Assembly (NCBI GenBank): GCA_031291875.1 | Contig: JARLIE010000040.1 | Coordinates: forward strand, 67,011-131,010 | DNA: 64,000 nt | DNA from: Minisyncoccota bacterium | GTDB taxonomy: Bacteria > Patescibacteriota > Minisyncoccia > Phycocordibacterales > UBA2100 | Direction of reading: 5' to 3' | Part shown: in pieces, positions 1 through 9,108 of the stretch | How the letters are laid out: every line of letters starts with the position of its first letter | Numbering within the stretch: the first letter of the stretch is position 1 | Translations under genes and position numbers: made by a program | The notes under the pieces: model-generated | Database searches by the model: none | Told to the model about the DNA's origin: nothing | Seen by the model: only the letters and a program-made list of their open reading frames with translations

Positions 1-6
1 GGAGCT

Positions 7-2454
7 ATGTATTCATCGCCGCGCACGAACCGCGGAACTTCCATTATCGCGGCGCTTGTTTTCGCCGCCGTGCTCGGAGCGATCGCCCTCAGCCTCAATG
101 CGTTTCAATTAAACTCGGTAACAAACTCATCATTGCCTGCCGCTGCCGCAACGGTTACTCAATCTGATGAAACTTGCCAAGACGGCCAGGATTTCAACTA
201 CACGGTAAGCGCTCAAACGTCGTCAGTCTCGCCGACCTATTCTGAATTCGATGCGTATTTTCCAGTCACCCAGAGCCAAAACGCCGTGAGTGCGCCGAAA
301 ATCGTACAGGTATGTCCGACAGATGCGCAGGCGCTGGAGCAGGCAAAACAGCAGCCGGGAGTCTATTTGTACCAAGGCCAGTATGTTGGATTGCCTGCCT
401 CTCTTTCGCTTTCTCCAAATGTTTCTTCTCGTGCCGGAACGAGCTGCGTCAACGGAAAGCCTGAAACTGCAAATCTATCTTCGGGTTACAAATGTACTTA
501 CATCAAACAAGCCAATAACACCTATACATTACAAAATTGGAAATGCCGCGTCACGTTTACCAATCCTACTCCGGGAGCCCCTCAGGCAGACGCTTGTTGG
601 ATAAAGGACGTACCGGTACAGGGGTCGGTTACGGCGTCGACGCCGGACGCAAGTCAAACTCCGTCTTCGGGGGCGACTCCAAATTCATCGAGTGCAGGCA
701 ACTCTACGATTACCGCAAACCAAACCCTTCCGCCCGCCTGTCAGGCTGACGCAAATTCGGCTGCGTGTCAGGCAGCGCTTGCGACCGCCGGTACCCAAAG
801 CGGATACCAAGGACCTTGTCCGAATGGTCAGACAATTAATGCAAGTACAGGCGCTTGTGAAGCATTTCAAGGACCTTGTCCGAACGGACAAGTTATGGAC
901 GCAACCACAGGCGCCTGCCAAACCCAGGCTGGCTTTCAGGGGCCTTGTCCCAATGGCCAAGTGATGAATAGTGCGGGCCAATGTGGTGCAACGCAACAAC
1001 AAACGCAGACGGGAACGTGCACTGCCAACGGCCAAACGGGCACGTATATGAATGGTCAGTGTGTCGCGCAGGAGGGTGGCACTCAAACCGTAACAACCCA
1101 GACACCGAGTTCAGTAACTACGCAACCGCCAAAAACAAACGGCAGCACTGGCAGCAGCCTTGGAGCGCTTACGTCGTTGCTTGGAGGCCTCACTCGAGGG
1201 CTATCTTCTCCATGTGCGCAAACCGGGATCCAAAATCCGTACACTGGCGGCAACGGAACGTCGTTGGTACCGGTGCAGGTTTACAATCCGACCACCGGTA
1301 CGTATTCGACTACCTATGTCCAGCAGAACAGCACGGCTAACGCCTACGGCACTTCGCAGCCGTGTGCACAGCAACAACAGACTCCGTATGGCGTCGGTTC
1401 CAATGGTGCTGCGTGCGCAGCACCGCCTGCGGCTCCGACCTGCGCTTCAGGTTCGACAGCGCAGCCTGTTTCGGCAAGCGGCAATGGCTGTGTAACCGGT
1501 TATCAATGTGTACCCACAAATTCCACAATCGCTCAGACGCCGACACCGCAGCTTTCGTGTTCGCCGCAAATAGCCGATGTGGGACAACCGGTCGCAATAT
1601 CGTACTCGTGCACGAACGCGACGGCATCTACCGGTTCGGGATTCTCGACCGATAATCAAATGTCTGGTTCCGCAACGGTCACCGTCCAAGCTCCGCCCTC
1701 CGGCACCAACTCTGCGAGCTACGGTCTCACCTGCACCAACAACGGCCAGAACGCGAGCGCGCAATGTCACATCCAGATCAACCAGCCAGCAATTGATCTA
1801 GTCGCGAATCCGCAATCGGTACCGTCGGGACAAACCGCAACGATCGGCTGGGTCACCGCCGGTATGAAATCCTGCGTCATATCGAGTCCGCAAGACACGA
1901 GCTTCACGCAACAAAACGCGAGCAATACCAACGTCAACGGCGCGGCGCAGAGTGATGCGCTCAGTAGCAGCACGGAATTTGATCTGACCTGCACAACGCT
2001 CGGCGGTCAAACGAAGACTGCGTCTACCGTCGTTACGATTGGCGCGACTTCGACCGCCGCGAGTGTAAACGTCAGCTCAACTATCGACGGTCAAAGTGTC
2101 AATCATGGCGGCACGGCGACGATCACCTGGAGTGTCTCGAATCCTCCGAGCAACTCGGCTGTCGCCCTTTGGCTCATCGACCTACGCAGTGAGCAGGCGA
2201 CAGCACTCATCGCTAGCAATCAGTCAATGAGCGGCACCTACCAATGGCAATTGCCGGCGGCAGGAAGCTCGTGCGACCAAAATTCTCTCGCGCCATGTGC
2301 GGCAGATATCGTTGCCGGAAATTCTTACGGCATTGAAGCTTCCGTCTACACGCCGCCGAATGCGTATTTTGGATCATCCGTTCCATCCGGTTCTGTCGGA
2401 CCGAACTACTTGGATTACGGCTACACCGCGAACCCGTTTACGGTCGGCCAATAA
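7..2454 (+). CDS. Large secreted/membrane-anchored Cys-, Thr-, Gln-rich surface protein with QGPCPNGQ repeats and C-terminal Ig/PKD-like beta domains
   Basis: 815-aa ORF; N-terminal hydrophobic segment; many paired Cys; three QGPCPNGQ repeats; start lies at the window edge and is uncertain. Confidence 0.7.
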   Translation: MYSSPRTNRGTSIIAALVFAAVLGAIALSLNAFQLNSVTNSSLPAAAATVTQSDETCQDGQDFNYTVSAQTSSVSPTYSEFDAYFPVTQSQNAVSAPKIVQVCPTDAQALEQAKQQPGVYLYQGQYVGLPASLSLSPNVSSRAGTSCVNGKPETANLSSGYKCTYIKQANNTYTLQNWKCRVTFTNPTPGAPQADACWIKDVPVQGSVTASTPDASQTPSSGATPNSSSAGNSTITANQTLPPACQADANSAACQAALATAGTQSGYQGPCPNGQTINASTGACEAFQGPCPNGQVMDATTGACQTQAGFQGPCPNGQVMNSAGQCGATQQQTQTGTCTANGQTGTYMNGQCVAQEGGTQTVTTQTPSSVTTQPPKTNGSTGSSLGALTSLLGGLTRGLSSPCAQTGIQNPYTGGNGTSLVPVQVYNPTTGTYSTTYVQQNSTANAYGTSQPCAQQQQTPYGVGSNGAACAAPPAAPTCASGSTAQPVSASGNGCVTGYQCVPTNSTIAQTPTPQLSCSPQIADVGQPVAISYSCTNATASTGSGFSTDNQMSGSATVTVQAPPSGTNSASYGLTCTNNGQNASAQCHIQINQPAIDLVANPQSVPSGQTATIGWVTAGMKSCVISSPQDTSFTQQNASNTNVNGAAQSDALSSSTEFDLTCTTLGGQTKTASTVVTIGATSTAASVNVSSTIDGQSVNHGGTATITWSVSNPPSNSAVALWLIDLRSEQATALIASNQSMSGTYQWQLPAAGSSCDQNSLAPCAADIVAGNSYGIEASVYTPPNAYFGSSVPSGSVGPNYLDYGYTANPFTVGQ

Positions 2455-2478
2455 ATTCCCGGTGCTACAATAGAAGCG

Positions 2479-2952
2479 ATGCCGCCGCAACGACACGTCT
2501 TGCGCTGGAGCGCGTACGAGCACGAATTCAACGAGCGAGGAGCCGATTGGTTTTGGGCGCTCGGCATTATTGCTGTGTGCGGCGCAGCACTCAGCGTACT
2601 CTTTCAAGACACGCTCTTTGGAATTTTGATTCTTATCGCGGCATTCGCATTCGGCTTGCTTGCCAATACGCCGCCCGAGCTCGCGACTTTCGAAATTTCC
2701 GATAGGGGAATTCGCATCAATGGTATTTTGCATCGGTACGATGAGATTATTTCGTTTTGGGTGGAAGACGAACATCACAAGGGGCGTCCGCTCTTGCTCG
2801 TCGACACCACAAAATTCATGTCGCCGAATTTCATTATCCCGATCGAAGGCATCGATTCACACCTCGTTCGTCGTTTTCTCAAACAACATGCCAAAGAGTT
2901 GCCGATGAAGGAGCCGCTTTCGCACAAGATCGTGGAGTTTTTCGGACTCTAG
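2479..2952 (+). CDS. Conserved hypothetical membrane protein (2 TM plus PH-like soluble domain)
   Basis: 157-aa ORF with two hydrophobic helices; TGCTACAAT 7 nt before ATG. Confidence 0.75.
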   Translation: MPPQRHVLRWSAYEHEFNERGADWFWALGIIAVCGAALSVLFQDTLFGILILIAAFAFGLLANTPPELATFEISDRGIRINGILHRYDEIISFWVEDEHHKGRPLLLVDTTKFMSPNFIIPIEGIDSHLVRRFLKQHAKELPMKEPLSHKIVEFFGL

Positions 2953-2985
2953 GTTCGTGGTACAACTGGATGCGCAAGCACATAG

Positions 2986-3073
2986 GGAGGGGTGGCAGAG
3001 CGGTCTATTGCACCTGTCTTGAAAACAGGAGTGTCGCAAGGCACCATGAGTTCGAATCTCATCCCCTCCGCCA
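2986..3073 (+). tRNA. tRNA-Ser(TGA)
   Basis: GGAGGGG/CCCCTCC acceptor stem, CCTGT-cttgaaa-ACAGG anticodon arm, long variable arm, GTTCGAATC T-loop, encoded CCA. Confidence 0.97.
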
Positions 3074-3172
3074 ATAGTTTTTATCGGAGACGCTGAATCA
3101 ACGGATTTTTCTTGAAAAGCAGTGCTGGTAACTGCATTCATCCGCATCTATAAAGCTAGTCTTTGCTATAGG

Positions 3173-4216
3173 TCAGAAAAGTTTGGTATTGGGATAGGAG
3201 AGCGATACGTTGGTCCCGCTGCTGTTGCTTATCACAACTAGCTCGGCACTGAGCTGTTTTGCAAGGGACGCGACGATACTTGTCCCGAGCCCTTGATTGT
3301 CGGGGTTCTTAATGTACCCGACGCCATTATCTTCTATGGTCAATTTCCACCCTGCACCCTTAGTTTGAAAACTCACGAGGATTTTTCCTTCTCCGCGCGG
3401 GAAGGCGTACTTAAGGGCGTTTATGACAAGCTCCGTGGTCGCAAGTCCAAAACTAATTGCCTGCTCCGAACTCACGCGACCTGCCTGCGCCGCCACTTCG
3501 AGAACTATAGGTTTGCGACCCCCGATCATGGATTTGGCGAGACTTTCACACAGTCCGGTCAAATACGGTCCGACCTCAACCTTGTCAGCCAACAACCCCA
3601 CCGGATCAAGATGCCGCTGGACCGTAGCAATCGAGAGGATCCGCTCATGTGCATCCGTCAAATGCAGGCGTGCCTCCTCCGAACCGACCGAGTCTGCCTT
3701 TAGAAGAAGGATGCTGGCAATTAACTGTAAGCTGTTTGCAATACGATGCCGCATCTCTTGTAAGAGAAGATTTTTTTGTTCGATTAACTTTTCTAACTCC
3801 TTTTCAATGTTTCGTTGGTCTGTAATATCATCGATCGAGAGAAGCATTTTCTTTCTTCCGTTTTCGTACCGAATTTCGCAAGCATTCACCAGCATCGTGC
3901 GCTTGCCGAGGGTTACAAAATCGTGGACGACCTCATAGTCTTCAACAATCGTATGTTCTGGAATTACTTGTTCAAGTAATTTCCGAAGTGCAGGTACATT
4001 CCACTCGCCATTTCCAAGTTCGTAGAACATTTTGTCGTATGTAGCCTCATGCGATACGCCAAATTTTTTATAAAAAGAGCGACTTGCGGCAATAATTCGC
4101 AATTCTTCGTCGAGTACTATAAGCGGCTCGCGAATGGTGTCTATGATCGCCCGTGTGAGTATGTGACCATCCTTTGGGTCGCCTAAGGGGTCTCGAACCC
4201 CTTCGCGCTTGTCCAT
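3173..4216 (-). CDS. Cytoplasmic PAS-domain sensor histidine kinase (HisKA_2/HWE class)
   Basis: PAS N-terminus, EMRHRIANSLQ H-box, ELVINALKYAF N-box, DNGVG and GLG boxes. Confidence 0.9.
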   Translation of the reverse strand: MDKREGVRDPLGDPKDGHILTRAIIDTIREPLIVLDEELRIIAASRSFYKKFGVSHEATYDKMFYELGNGEWNVPALRKLLEQVIPEHTIVEDYEVVHDFVTLGKRTMLVNACEIRYENGRKKMLLSIDDITDQRNIEKELEKLIEQKNLLLQEMRHRIANSLQLIASILLLKADSVGSEEARLHLTDAHERILSIATVQRHLDPVGLLADKVEVGPYLTGLCESLAKSMIGGRKPIVLEVAAQAGRVSSEQAISFGLATTELVINALKYAFPRGEGKILVSFQTKGAGWKLTIEDNGVGYIKNPDNQGLGTSIVASLAKQLSAELVVISNSSGTNVSLSYPNTKLF

Positions 4217-4319
4217 CACTCACTCAATAGTATACCTATTCTGCATGAGAGCTAGGTGAAGACTTAATGATGAGCCTCCCCACTATATATTCATCTGCGA
4301 ACGTGTACACTGCGCTCCT

Positions 4320-4457
4320 ATGAAAGAAATTCGCACGCATCGAAAAGATGAACGTCACGCTATGTGGAAACCTGCCCGTCTCGAAGGAAAGGTGAGAAAC
4401 AAAGGAATAAATCCCATTAAGAAGTCCAAGAAAATGTCGCTTAAAACGGCAAGATAA
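4320..4457 (+). CDS. Candidate small basic protein (45 aa, MKEIRTHRKD...KTAR)
   Basis: Translated by hand; GTGTACACT -10 box 8 nt upstream of ATG, the same geometry as housekeeping genes here. Confidence 0.4.
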   Translation: MKEIRTHRKDERHAMWKPARLEGKVRNKGINPIKKSKKMSLKTAR

Positions 4458-4962
4458 AATTACCACCACTGTCTATCGAAGAGGGAAACGGATCTGCGAT
4501 GATAGCTCCTTGGCGAACCAGGTGCCATCAACCGCGCACCTGATTTTGTGAGCGTGTGGTTCCCGACAAGGAAAAATTCTTCGCTTGCTTGTGTGTTTTT
4601 ACTTTCTTTGCGGGTCAAAAAGAGATATTCCATACCGTAGAGCCTATCGTAGCAAGCGTGTGGTGAAGGCATGGTGAGTGTTGCGAGGCGCTGGCCTCAC
4701 GCTTGCTTCATGGGTGATACGGTACGTTGAATACGTCGAACGTATTCTAAATCCAAAGCGGCACATTTGTTGTTGTCGCGTACGTGTACAATCCGGAAAT
4801 AGTCAGCCGAGAGTCTCGGCTCGCTCATCTCTCCTTTGCACTAACAATCATCGGAAGGCTGGCGCGTCTTGCCTTTATTCCTTTTACCAGTGGGCTATCC
4901 GCCCGCGTTATCCTTGCGTATTTCCTAGTACGCTCCACGTTACCAAAACAAGTACCATCCGC

Positions 4963-6678
4963 ATGAAAAAAACAATTTTAAGACGCATTACTAAATCCTT
5001 GTCGATGCTCGCGGCCTCAGCGCTCGTGCTCGGCACGTTCGGGGCAGTTGCTCCGCTCGCGTTCGCCGCAACTGCCCCGACGACCGGCACGCCGACGAAC
5101 ATTACAACCAGTGACGCAACCCTCAACGGAACAAACGGCGATACGGCCGCTACTGCTTCCTCATTCTGGGTCTCAACGAGCACCTTCTCAACAGCAACTC
5201 CGACGTTGCCGGCAGGTGTCTACTCGACCGCGGATCTCGGGCCTCAAGCGGTAGGTGCCGCATACGCTGCCGCTCTTTCCTCGACAGTAGGACTTCCCAC
5301 GGTGACAGCTGACACGACCTACTACTACGCTGCCTGGACTGATGTTGGCGGCACCTGGTCGCCTGGCTCGATAGTGCAATTCACCACTGTTTCTTCGCCG
5401 ACGATCACGAGTGCCAATCCGGCTTCAGGGTCTACGGCGGGAGGCACCGCCATCACGATCACGGGCACCGAATTCAATAGCGGTGCGAGCGTGATGATCG
5501 GCGGAGCGGCAGCGACGAATGTCGTTGTTGCGAGCTCCACGTCGATTACGGCAACGACGCCAGCCGGTACAGCTGGTTCGCAAAACGTTGTCGTCACCAA
5601 CACCGATGGGGGAACCACTACCTCGACGGGTGCATTCACGTACATGACACCGGTAAACTCCTCAGTGACGACCACTCCGGCAAGTTCAGTGACCTCCACA
5701 GACGCAACTCTTAATGGGCTTATGGGAGCCTCTGCAGCGACCGGCCACTCATTTTGGGTTTCCACCAGCACATTCAGCACGGCTAGTGCGACAATTCCGG
5801 CCGGTGTCTACTCCACTGCCGATTTGGGTCCGATTGCGGCAGCAACCGCATTCTCAGCTGCGCTTAGCTCAGCGACGGGACTTCCTACAGTCACGGCAAG
5901 CACAACCTACTACTTCGCTGCCTGGGCTAATGTCGGTGGCATGTGGTCTCCGGGTGCAGTTCTAAGCTTCACGACCGCTAGCAGTGGCACAGCGCTCGCT
6001 CCGACTGTCTCTTCTATTGCTCCGACATCAGGAACAACAGCTGGCGGCACCTCGGTAACGATTACGGGCACCGGATTCACTGGTGCAACAGCAGTACACT
6101 TCGGTTCTTCCCTTGCCACAATTACGGGAACGACAAGCAGTACTTCGATAACAGCGACCTCTCCCGCAACAACGACCGCGGGTATCGTTGATGTGACGGT
6201 CACGACGCCGGCAGGCAGTAGTGCCACTAGCTCGGCCGACCACTACACCTACCAGATTGGCGGAACAGTAACTGGCGGCACCCAACCAGGTGGCACCCTC
6301 GCGGTGACGTCGATTACGCCGGTACAAACGAGCGGAACTGCTGACGGCACCTATGCGAATGGTTGGAGCTACATCTTCAACATCACGGTACCGACAAGCG
6401 AACCGAATCTCTCAATGGAGTTCTCGAACTGGCTTGACTCGGCATCCGACACAATTCCGGTTGCAGGCAATATGCAGATTTCTTCTGCGCAGGCCTCCAA
6501 CACGGCTCCGGTCACCATTAGCGCTGCGAACACGTTTTCGTCACCGCTCCACATGATCGGTAACCTCTCCACCTCAACACCGGGACTGCACGTGCAGGTT
6601 TTGGTACAGGTGAAGATTCCTCTGAACACGGTGAATGGTTCGTACACGACAAATTACGGCGTTCAGACACTTCAGTAA
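4963..6678 (+). CDS. Secreted Thr/Ser-rich IPT/TIG-domain surface protein
   Basis: Signal peptide MKKTILRR...AFA; two IPT/TIG repeats (PxSGxTAGGTxxTITG) alternating with two near-duplicate FN3-like modules. Confidence 0.85.
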   Translation: MKKTILRRITKSLSMLAASALVLGTFGAVAPLAFAATAPTTGTPTNITTSDATLNGTNGDTAATASSFWVSTSTFSTATPTLPAGVYSTADLGPQAVGAAYAAALSSTVGLPTVTADTTYYYAAWTDVGGTWSPGSIVQFTTVSSPTITSANPASGSTAGGTAITITGTEFNSGASVMIGGAAATNVVVASSTSITATTPAGTAGSQNVVVTNTDGGTTTSTGAFTYMTPVNSSVTTTPASSVTSTDATLNGLMGASAATGHSFWVSTSTFSTASATIPAGVYSTADLGPIAAATAFSAALSSATGLPTVTASTTYYFAAWANVGGMWSPGAVLSFTTASSGTALAPTVSSIAPTSGTTAGGTSVTITGTGFTGATAVHFGSSLATITGTTSSTSITATSPATTTAGIVDVTVTTPAGSSATSSADHYTYQIGGTVTGGTQPGGTLAVTSITPVQTSGTADGTYANGWSYIFNITVPTSEPNLSMEFSNWLDSASDTIPVAGNMQISSAQASNTAPVTISAANTFSSPLHMIGNLSTSTPGLHVQVLVQVKIPLNTVNGSYTTNYGVQTLQ

Positions 6679-6697
6679 TATCGCTCATAGTAACTGT

Positions 6698-7243
6698 ATG
6701 ACTCACATCATTAGGAACTTACTGGTGAGCGCCACGATCGTCGTGGCGCTCACCGCGGGCTGCACAACGATCGCATCCGCTTCTGTTGTAACCGGCACCC
6801 TTACTTCAACTGGTGGTTCGACAAGCGGTGGTTCCATCGTCACCGGAACGATCACTGGTGGTACCGGGACGGGTTCTACCGCAACGGGCACGATAACCGG
6901 CACAACTAATCCTAGCGGCTCACTCTCCGGTACCGTAACTGGCGGATCCTCAGCGGGAGGTGGCGGAGGAGGTGGAAGTAGTGGCGGCGGGGGGAACGGC
7001 CCGATCGTCGGTTCCGGAGGCACCGTTGGAACGCCGGCAGGACAGGTACTCGGCGCGTCCACTGGACCACTCGGACTAGGCTCTTCGGCTTCTGGCTCAG
7101 CTGTTCCGGGGAGTCCCGATACGGGTGCAGGTGGGACCGCTCCATTGAATGACCTTGCGCTTGCTCTTTCTGGATTGGTTGCGCTCTCTAGCATTACGGC
7201 GCTCGTTCTCAAGAGAAAGAGCCCGGCAGTTCGATTCATCTAA
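6698..7243 (+). CDS. Gly/Thr-rich exported protein with C-terminal PDTG-TM-basic tail (sortase-like sorting signal)
   Basis: Signal peptide, poly-Gly tract, SPDTGAGG followed by a hydrophobic helix and KRK. Confidence 0.7.
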   Translation: MTHIIRNLLVSATIVVALTAGCTTIASASVVTGTLTSTGGSTSGGSIVTGTITGGTGTGSTATGTITGTTNPSGSLSGTVTGGSSAGGGGGGGSSGGGGNGPIVGSGGTVGTPAGQVLGASTGPLGLGSSASGSAVPGSPDTGAGGTAPLNDLALALSGLVALSSITALVLKRKSPAVRFI

Positions 7244-7309
7244 CACACTTAACTCGTGCGAGCGTAGTACGAGTTCGATGAAAAATTACACAAATTCAAA
7301 AAATAAACT

Positions 7310-7429
7310 ATGGCACTCACTACCGTTGAAGAGAAAGAGATCGCAGATAAGAAGGCTGCGGAAGATCGCGAAAAGATGGAAGCGGACAATAAAAAGAAAA
7401 ACGAAGAGAAGCCGACACCATCGAAGTAG
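7310..7429 (+). CDS. Small highly charged protein (39 aa, MALTTVEEKEIADKK...PSK)
   Basis: A-rich leader, clean ORF, terminator immediately after the stop. Confidence 0.55.
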   Translation: MALTTVEEKEIADKKAAEDREKMEADNKKKNEEKPTPSK

Positions 7430-7430
7430 C

Positions 7431-7458
7431 CAAAAGCCCCCTACCCAGGGGGCTTTTG
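7431..7458. terminator. Intrinsic terminator (bidirectional-looking)
   Basis: CAAAAGCCCCCT-accc-AGGGGGCTTTTG. Confidence 0.8.
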
Positions 7459-7513
7459 ATAGGTGAGGCCATCGGAGGATTACAACCATGCCGCTCGTGC
7501 CATACTGTATTTT

Positions 7514-8566
7514 ATGGATCCTTGGAAGACGTTCGCGCATTACTTCGTCCCGAACAAACGCAATAGATACAAGCCACTCTTTTTGCGTATCGAAACGGCG
7601 AGCGTCGTCGCGTTCACGATCGTCGCGCTGTTTGTTCTCTCTGTAGTGATGCAGCGCATCCTCGTCGTCAACCGTTCGCCTCAAGTCGCCGCTGTCGTTG
7701 TATCGACGCTGATTGATCTTGCCAACTCTGACCGCATACAAAATGATCTGCCGCCCCTTACCGCAAGCCCCGAGCTACAAGCGGCGGCGCAGATGAAAGC
7801 AAACGATATGGTTGCCAAGGGATATTTCGCGCATGAGTCTCCCGATGGGTACGATCCATGGTATTGGTTCACGCAGGCGGGATACAATTTTGTATACGCG
7901 GGTGAGAATCTTGCCGTCTATTTTTCTGATTCTACCGCCGTGAATACCGCATGGATGAATTCGCCGGAGCATCGCGCGAACATCCTAAATATTCATTTCA
8001 CTCAGATCGGTATTGCTACCGCCGAGGGTATGTACAAAGGGCAGCAAACGACGTTTGTCGTGCAAGAATTTGGAACCCCGACCACTGCTGCGAACACTGC
8101 AACAGAAGCCCCGGTAGTGGCACAGGGGAGTGCAACCGTGTCTGCTACGACTACGCAATCGGCTAGCAGTGCTACCTTACGATCCCCAAAAGTCGACGGG
8201 GCAACAATCCACAAGCAGAATCTGAAGGTGATCACTCAAGACGCAAATTTCATTGCGGTTGAAAATCTGAATAGCAATGTGGCAAGCACGGTAGTGGCAA
8301 ATGTTGCCTTGGCAGATATGACGCCGGCCCCCAACACAATCTCATTGTTCTTTCTTAGCTTGATAACTTCACCCGAAAACGATCTCACTATCGCCTATGT
8401 GATCATCGCAGCGATCATCATTCTTGCGCTCCTCCTTGAGGTTGGTATTGAACTCAAGCGTCAGCACCCGCACAGGATAGTTCTTGGACTTTCACTCGTC
8501 GGCCTCATGCTTGCGCTACTTTTTGTTGGCCATGCCTTCGTTTTTGGGCACTTGGCAATCGCATAG
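7514..8566 (+). CDS. CAP/SCP-domain membrane protein
   Basis: KANDM..GYFAH, YAGENLA and WMNSPEHRANIL motifs; N- and C-terminal TM helices. Confidence 0.92.
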   Translation: MDPWKTFAHYFVPNKRNRYKPLFLRIETASVVAFTIVALFVLSVVMQRILVVNRSPQVAAVVVSTLIDLANSDRIQNDLPPLTASPELQAAAQMKANDMVAKGYFAHESPDGYDPWYWFTQAGYNFVYAGENLAVYFSDSTAVNTAWMNSPEHRANILNIHFTQIGIATAEGMYKGQQTTFVVQEFGTPTTAANTATEAPVVAQGSATVSATTTQSASSATLRSPKVDGATIHKQNLKVITQDANFIAVENLNSNVASTVVANVALADMTPAPNTISLFFLSLITSPENDLTIAYVIIAAIIILALLLEVGIELKRQHPHRIVLGLSLVGLMLALLFVGHAFVFGHLAIA

Positions 8567-8615
8567 GAGAAGGCTGTAAGTAGTTTCGCCGCCTAAGCAA
8601 GAAAGAAAGGGTAGT

Positions 8616-8665
8616 TTGACTTTTGCCTGTAATTAGGTAAGTTACTTACATAGTAAGCGTCTTAC
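8616..8665 (+). promoter_or_regulatory. Promoter with tandem palindromic MarR operators (GTAAG-N3-CTTAC x2)
   Basis: TTGACT(8616)-16 nt-TAAGTT; palindromes at 8637-8649 and 8653-8665. Confidence 0.7.
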
Positions 8666-8670
8666 CTTCT

Positions 8671-9108
8671 ATGACCACCCGAAAAGAACTTATCGATCAG
8701 CTCATCCAAGAGCTCCGGCCCGTTAAGCGTTTTTTGAGTCCGGTTGCTTCACATAAAGGGGATATTACCCCTTCGCAGTGGGCGGTGCTTGGCCTTTTAC
8801 GGCAGGGACCCCTCACGGTCAAAGAAGTAGCCGCGACACTCGGCATTAGTTCGAGCGCCGCTACGCAGCTTGTTGACGCCCTAGTCAAAGCCGGCCATAT
8901 CGACCGCGCGGAAAGTGCAGAGGATCGACGGGCCGTCACGCTTACCATGAGCAAAAAGACAGCCGTTCATGTCGCAAAAATGAGAGAGGAACACGTGTCC
9001 CGCCTCTCCGTCATGTTTGAAATCTTGAGCGACACAGAATTAAAAACCTACGTTGCCCTTACGAAGAAAATCGCTGAAGCGGTAACGAATAAAACTTCTA
9101 CTCTATGA
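8671..9108 (+). CDS. MarR family transcriptional regulator
   Basis: wHTH with ITPSQW..L, SSAATQLVDAL and EDRR motifs. Confidence 0.93.
   Translation: MTTRKELIDQLIQELRPVKRFLSPVASHKGDITPSQWAVLGLLRQGPLTVKEVAATLGISSSAATQLVDALVKAGHIDRAESAEDRRAVTLTMSKKTAVHVAKMREEHVSRLSVMFEILSDTELKTYVALTKKIAEAVTNKTSTL

Noticed and set aside
4678-4962. N-terminal extension of the IPT/TIG ORF, or a riboswitch in its long leader
   Set aside because: The signal peptide begins at 4963; the leader has a hairpin (AGCCGAG/CTCGGCT) but I could not match any known riboswitch consensus
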